This document shows, piece by piece, positions 63,394 through 64,000 of a stretch of DNA of 64,000 nt. Every line of letters starts with the position of its first letter. Position 1 is the first letter of the stretch. The notes under the pieces were generated by a model. It ran no database searches and had not been told where the DNA came from. It saw nothing but the letters and a program-made list of their open reading frames with translations. Source of the DNA: Raja brachyura (taxonomy: Eukaryota); contig OY740798.1 of assembly GCA_963514005.1 (NCBI GenBank), forward strand, positions 20,646,001 to 20,710,000, read 5' to 3'. The position numbers were made by a program, and so were the translations under genes.

Positions 63394-64000
63394 GTACGGT
63401 ACATTAAAACCAATAGGTGTAAATGTTTCAACAGGGAAATAGAAATGTACTGAAACTAAAATTACTTACCAGTGCAAAACTCAAGACAAACTTCACAGAT
63501 CCAGGGACCTAACCTTAAGTGTTATCTGTATGAAATTGGTTTGCACTTGATTCTCCAGTTTCCTCCTTTGTCCAAAAGATTTGCTTGTTGGTTAAATTAC
63601 TCTTCTAAATTCCCCCAATCAGATTGTCAAATACACCAGGATGCAATGAAATTCCTTATTTACATGAAGGTCACAGAATAAACAGTGTACATACAACAGT
63701 CATAATTACAGCAATTAATACAATTCCAAGTGTAAATCAGCAGAATATTATTGCTGGTATAGGTGAGCGGCAGGAGATTGAGGGAGACCCATAGGAATGT
63801 GAAAACAGACAGCTTGCAAGATGATGAGACTGGATAATGAGACTGATTGGGTGCTCTCTGAAAGTTTGGGTTGATGGGCTGAATGGCCACATACCATAAT
63901 GAAATGTGAGAAACATTTTATATTTTGTTTATATTTTATATTTTGACTGGATCTTCCTTGTCACTGCTACCATTGTCAACAAGAGAAACAAAACTAGGAT

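Overview
Vertebrate genomic DNA, most likely a cartilaginous fish such as a skate or ray (inferred from the RAG1 N-terminus and the CR1, Penelope and tRNA-SINE repeat landscape). The window covers the RAG locus. It holds the 3' part of RAG2 (+, 1-723) convergent with a complete, coding-intronless RAG1 (-, 14446-17544), plus a candidate RAG1 non-coding first exon and an E-box/RUNX/TATA-like promoter at about 20.8-21.0 kb. Upstream of RAG1 I see no TRAF6. Instead there is an ELF5-like ETS gene (-, about 25.35-37.0 kb) that apparently lacks an intact Pointed domain and carries an inverted copy of half of its own ETS exon in an intron. Next come a decayed full-length DIRS1-type tyrosine-recombinase retrotransposon (41.1-46.5 kb), the complete 7-exon NDUFS3 (-) and, head-to-head with it, the first coding exons of KBTBD4 (+). 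Much of the remainder is transposon debris: CR1, L2, Rex1/Babar, Penelope, tRNA-SINEs, Harbinger MITEs, a possible Helitron and a possible solo LTR. The most notable observations are a ~135-bp SINE-like element (2 copies with TSDs) whose 5' end folds as a minimal HDV-like ribozyme with a covarying P2, hammerhead-like cores in Penelope terminal repeats, the PNT-less ETS neighbour of RAG1, altered regulatory termini of RAG1/RAG2, and a perfect 38-bp inverted repeat bracketing the NDUFS3/KBTBD4 bidirectional promoter. All calls were made by eye; comparisons with human proteins are from memory and need alignment.
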